This document shows, in pieces, positions 63,618 to 64,000 of a stretch of 64,000 nucleotides of DNA (position 1 is the first letter of the stretch; every line of letters begins with the position of its first letter). A program made the position numbers and the translations under genes. The DNA comes from Phycisphaerales bacterium. GTDB taxonomy: Bacteria > Planctomycetota > Phycisphaerae > Tepidisphaerales > Tepidisphaeraceae. The stretch lies in contig JADYZN010000043.1 of the NCBI GenBank assembly GCA_020853095.1, positions 34,662 through 98,661 on the forward strand, written 5' to 3'. A model generated the notes under the pieces. The model made no database searches. It was not told where the DNA came from and was given only the letters and a program-made list of their open reading frames with translations.

Positions 63618-64000
63618 ATGCTGTTGGCGCTGACCGGCTGGATGGACGGGGGGATGGTTTCCAGCGGCACGATCAAGCACCTGATGGATGGCCGAAAGTT
63701 GTCGCGGGTGGGGCATATCGAACCAAGCGGGTTTTACATCGACAATTTTCCCGGACCGATGGAGGTGGCGGCGCTGTTTCGCCCCCACGTCAAATATGAG
63801 AAGGGTTTGGTGACGGCGTTTGAGCTGGCGAGCAACGAATTTTACGCCGACCCGGCCGCGAACGTCGCGTTTTTTCTGGGCAAGGAACCGAACCTGGACT
63901 GGCCGCGATTTGGCGGGTGTTTGTTTGAGGTTTGCCAGCGGCTGGGGGTCAGGCGGATCATTTTCATGGGAAGTTTCGGCGGGAGGGTTCCGCATACGCG
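63618..64000 (+). CDS. PAC2-family (proteasome-assembly-chaperone-2-like) protein, N-terminal part; continues beyond the window
   Basis: Not in the ORF track (no stop inside the window). AAGGAGG (63606-63612) lies 5 nt upstream of ATG 63618. My translation reads MLLALTGWMDGGMVSSGTIKHLMDGRKL...FYADPAANVAFFLGKEPNLDWPRFGGCLFEVCQRLGVRRIIFMGSFGG. The L.G[WF].D.G N-terminal pattern is typical of PAC2 proteins. Alternative starts are ATG 63603 and TTG 63558. Confidence 0.6.
   Translation, partial: MLLALTGWMDGGMVSSGTIKHLMDGRKLSRVGHIEPSGFYIDNFPGPMEVAALFRPHVKYEKGLVTAFELASNEFYADPAANVAFFLGKEPNLDWPRFGGCLFEVCQRLGVRRIIFMGSFGGRVPHT

Noticed and set aside
63455-63995. ORF-track frames 63455-63799 (+) and 63576-63995 (-)
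   Set aside because: Both overlap a third frame (from ATG 63618 behind AAGGAGG) that stays open to the window edge and reads as a PAC2-family N-terminus. Both have shadow-ORF composition.
1-64000. CRISPR arrays, rRNA genes, insertion sequences, prophage or retron/DGR elements
   Set aside because: I saw no regularly spaced direct repeats longer than the 3x 13-14-nt unit, no rRNA-like conserved blocks, and no transposase, integrase, reverse-transcriptase or capsid-like translations in any frame of the ORF track.

Overview
GC-rich bacterial chromosomal segment. I recognise no rRNA, CRISPR array, transposase, integrase or phage genes. The source is probably Planctomycetota-like (Phycisphaerae-type). 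That is an inference from a DUF1559/H-X9-DG prepilin-like protein, three PEP-CTERM cargo proteins, HAF repeats and giant secreted carbohydrate-active-looking proteins. I call about 57 protein genes, one tRNA-Leu(UAG) and one candidate small RNA.
Layout:
(i) 1-16.8 kb is a mostly minus-strand polysaccharide-type locus: SDR plus bicupin, three very large GH-like proteins, two PEP-CTERM proteins, a DUF1559 pseudopilin-like protein and a GntR/sugar-binding regulator.
(ii) 17-28 kb is housekeeping: trpB2-type, argS, pheS, aroC, purC, an SGNH esterase, HtrA, plus one AraC-PhyH pair.
(iii) 28-35.6 kb holds an RdgC-like gene, two back-to-back toxin-antitoxin modules (HigBA-like and RES-Xre), an orphan lipoprotein, rmuC, a lipase-like hydrolase, a stand-alone LigD-N-like phosphoesterase and an aldo/keto reductase.
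(iv) 36.7-64 kb holds galE, a protein made only of homing-endonuclease-associated repeats, truB, a split sdh cluster (sdhC-dinB-sdhA, no sdhB), permeases, tRNA-Leu, a Gln-rich membrane protein, a HAF/PEP-CTERM protein, waaA-nadD, a sigma-70 family factor, hldD, xseB-ispA, a second AraC-PhyH pair, dnaK and a partial PAC2-family gene.
Non-coding highlights seen directly in the sequence:
- an orphan consensus promoter plus intrinsic terminator bracketing about 170 nt of AT-rich non-coding DNA (candidate sRNA, 61011-61213, minus strand);
- a 69-nt element with 9-bp terminal inverted repeats and two GC hairpins, present twice (38529-38597 and 56114-56182);
- an exact TGGCAC-N5-TTGC sigma-54-type motif with an upstream palindrome in front of dnaK;
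- a 3x tandem 13-14-nt GATC-containing repeat (54012-54052).
Limits: I did not find a complete, clearly novel multi-gene machine. The best candidates for new biology are the uncharacterised polysaccharide-type locus, the sRNA candidate and the repeated 69-nt element. All function calls rest on motif recognition by eye; no searches were run.
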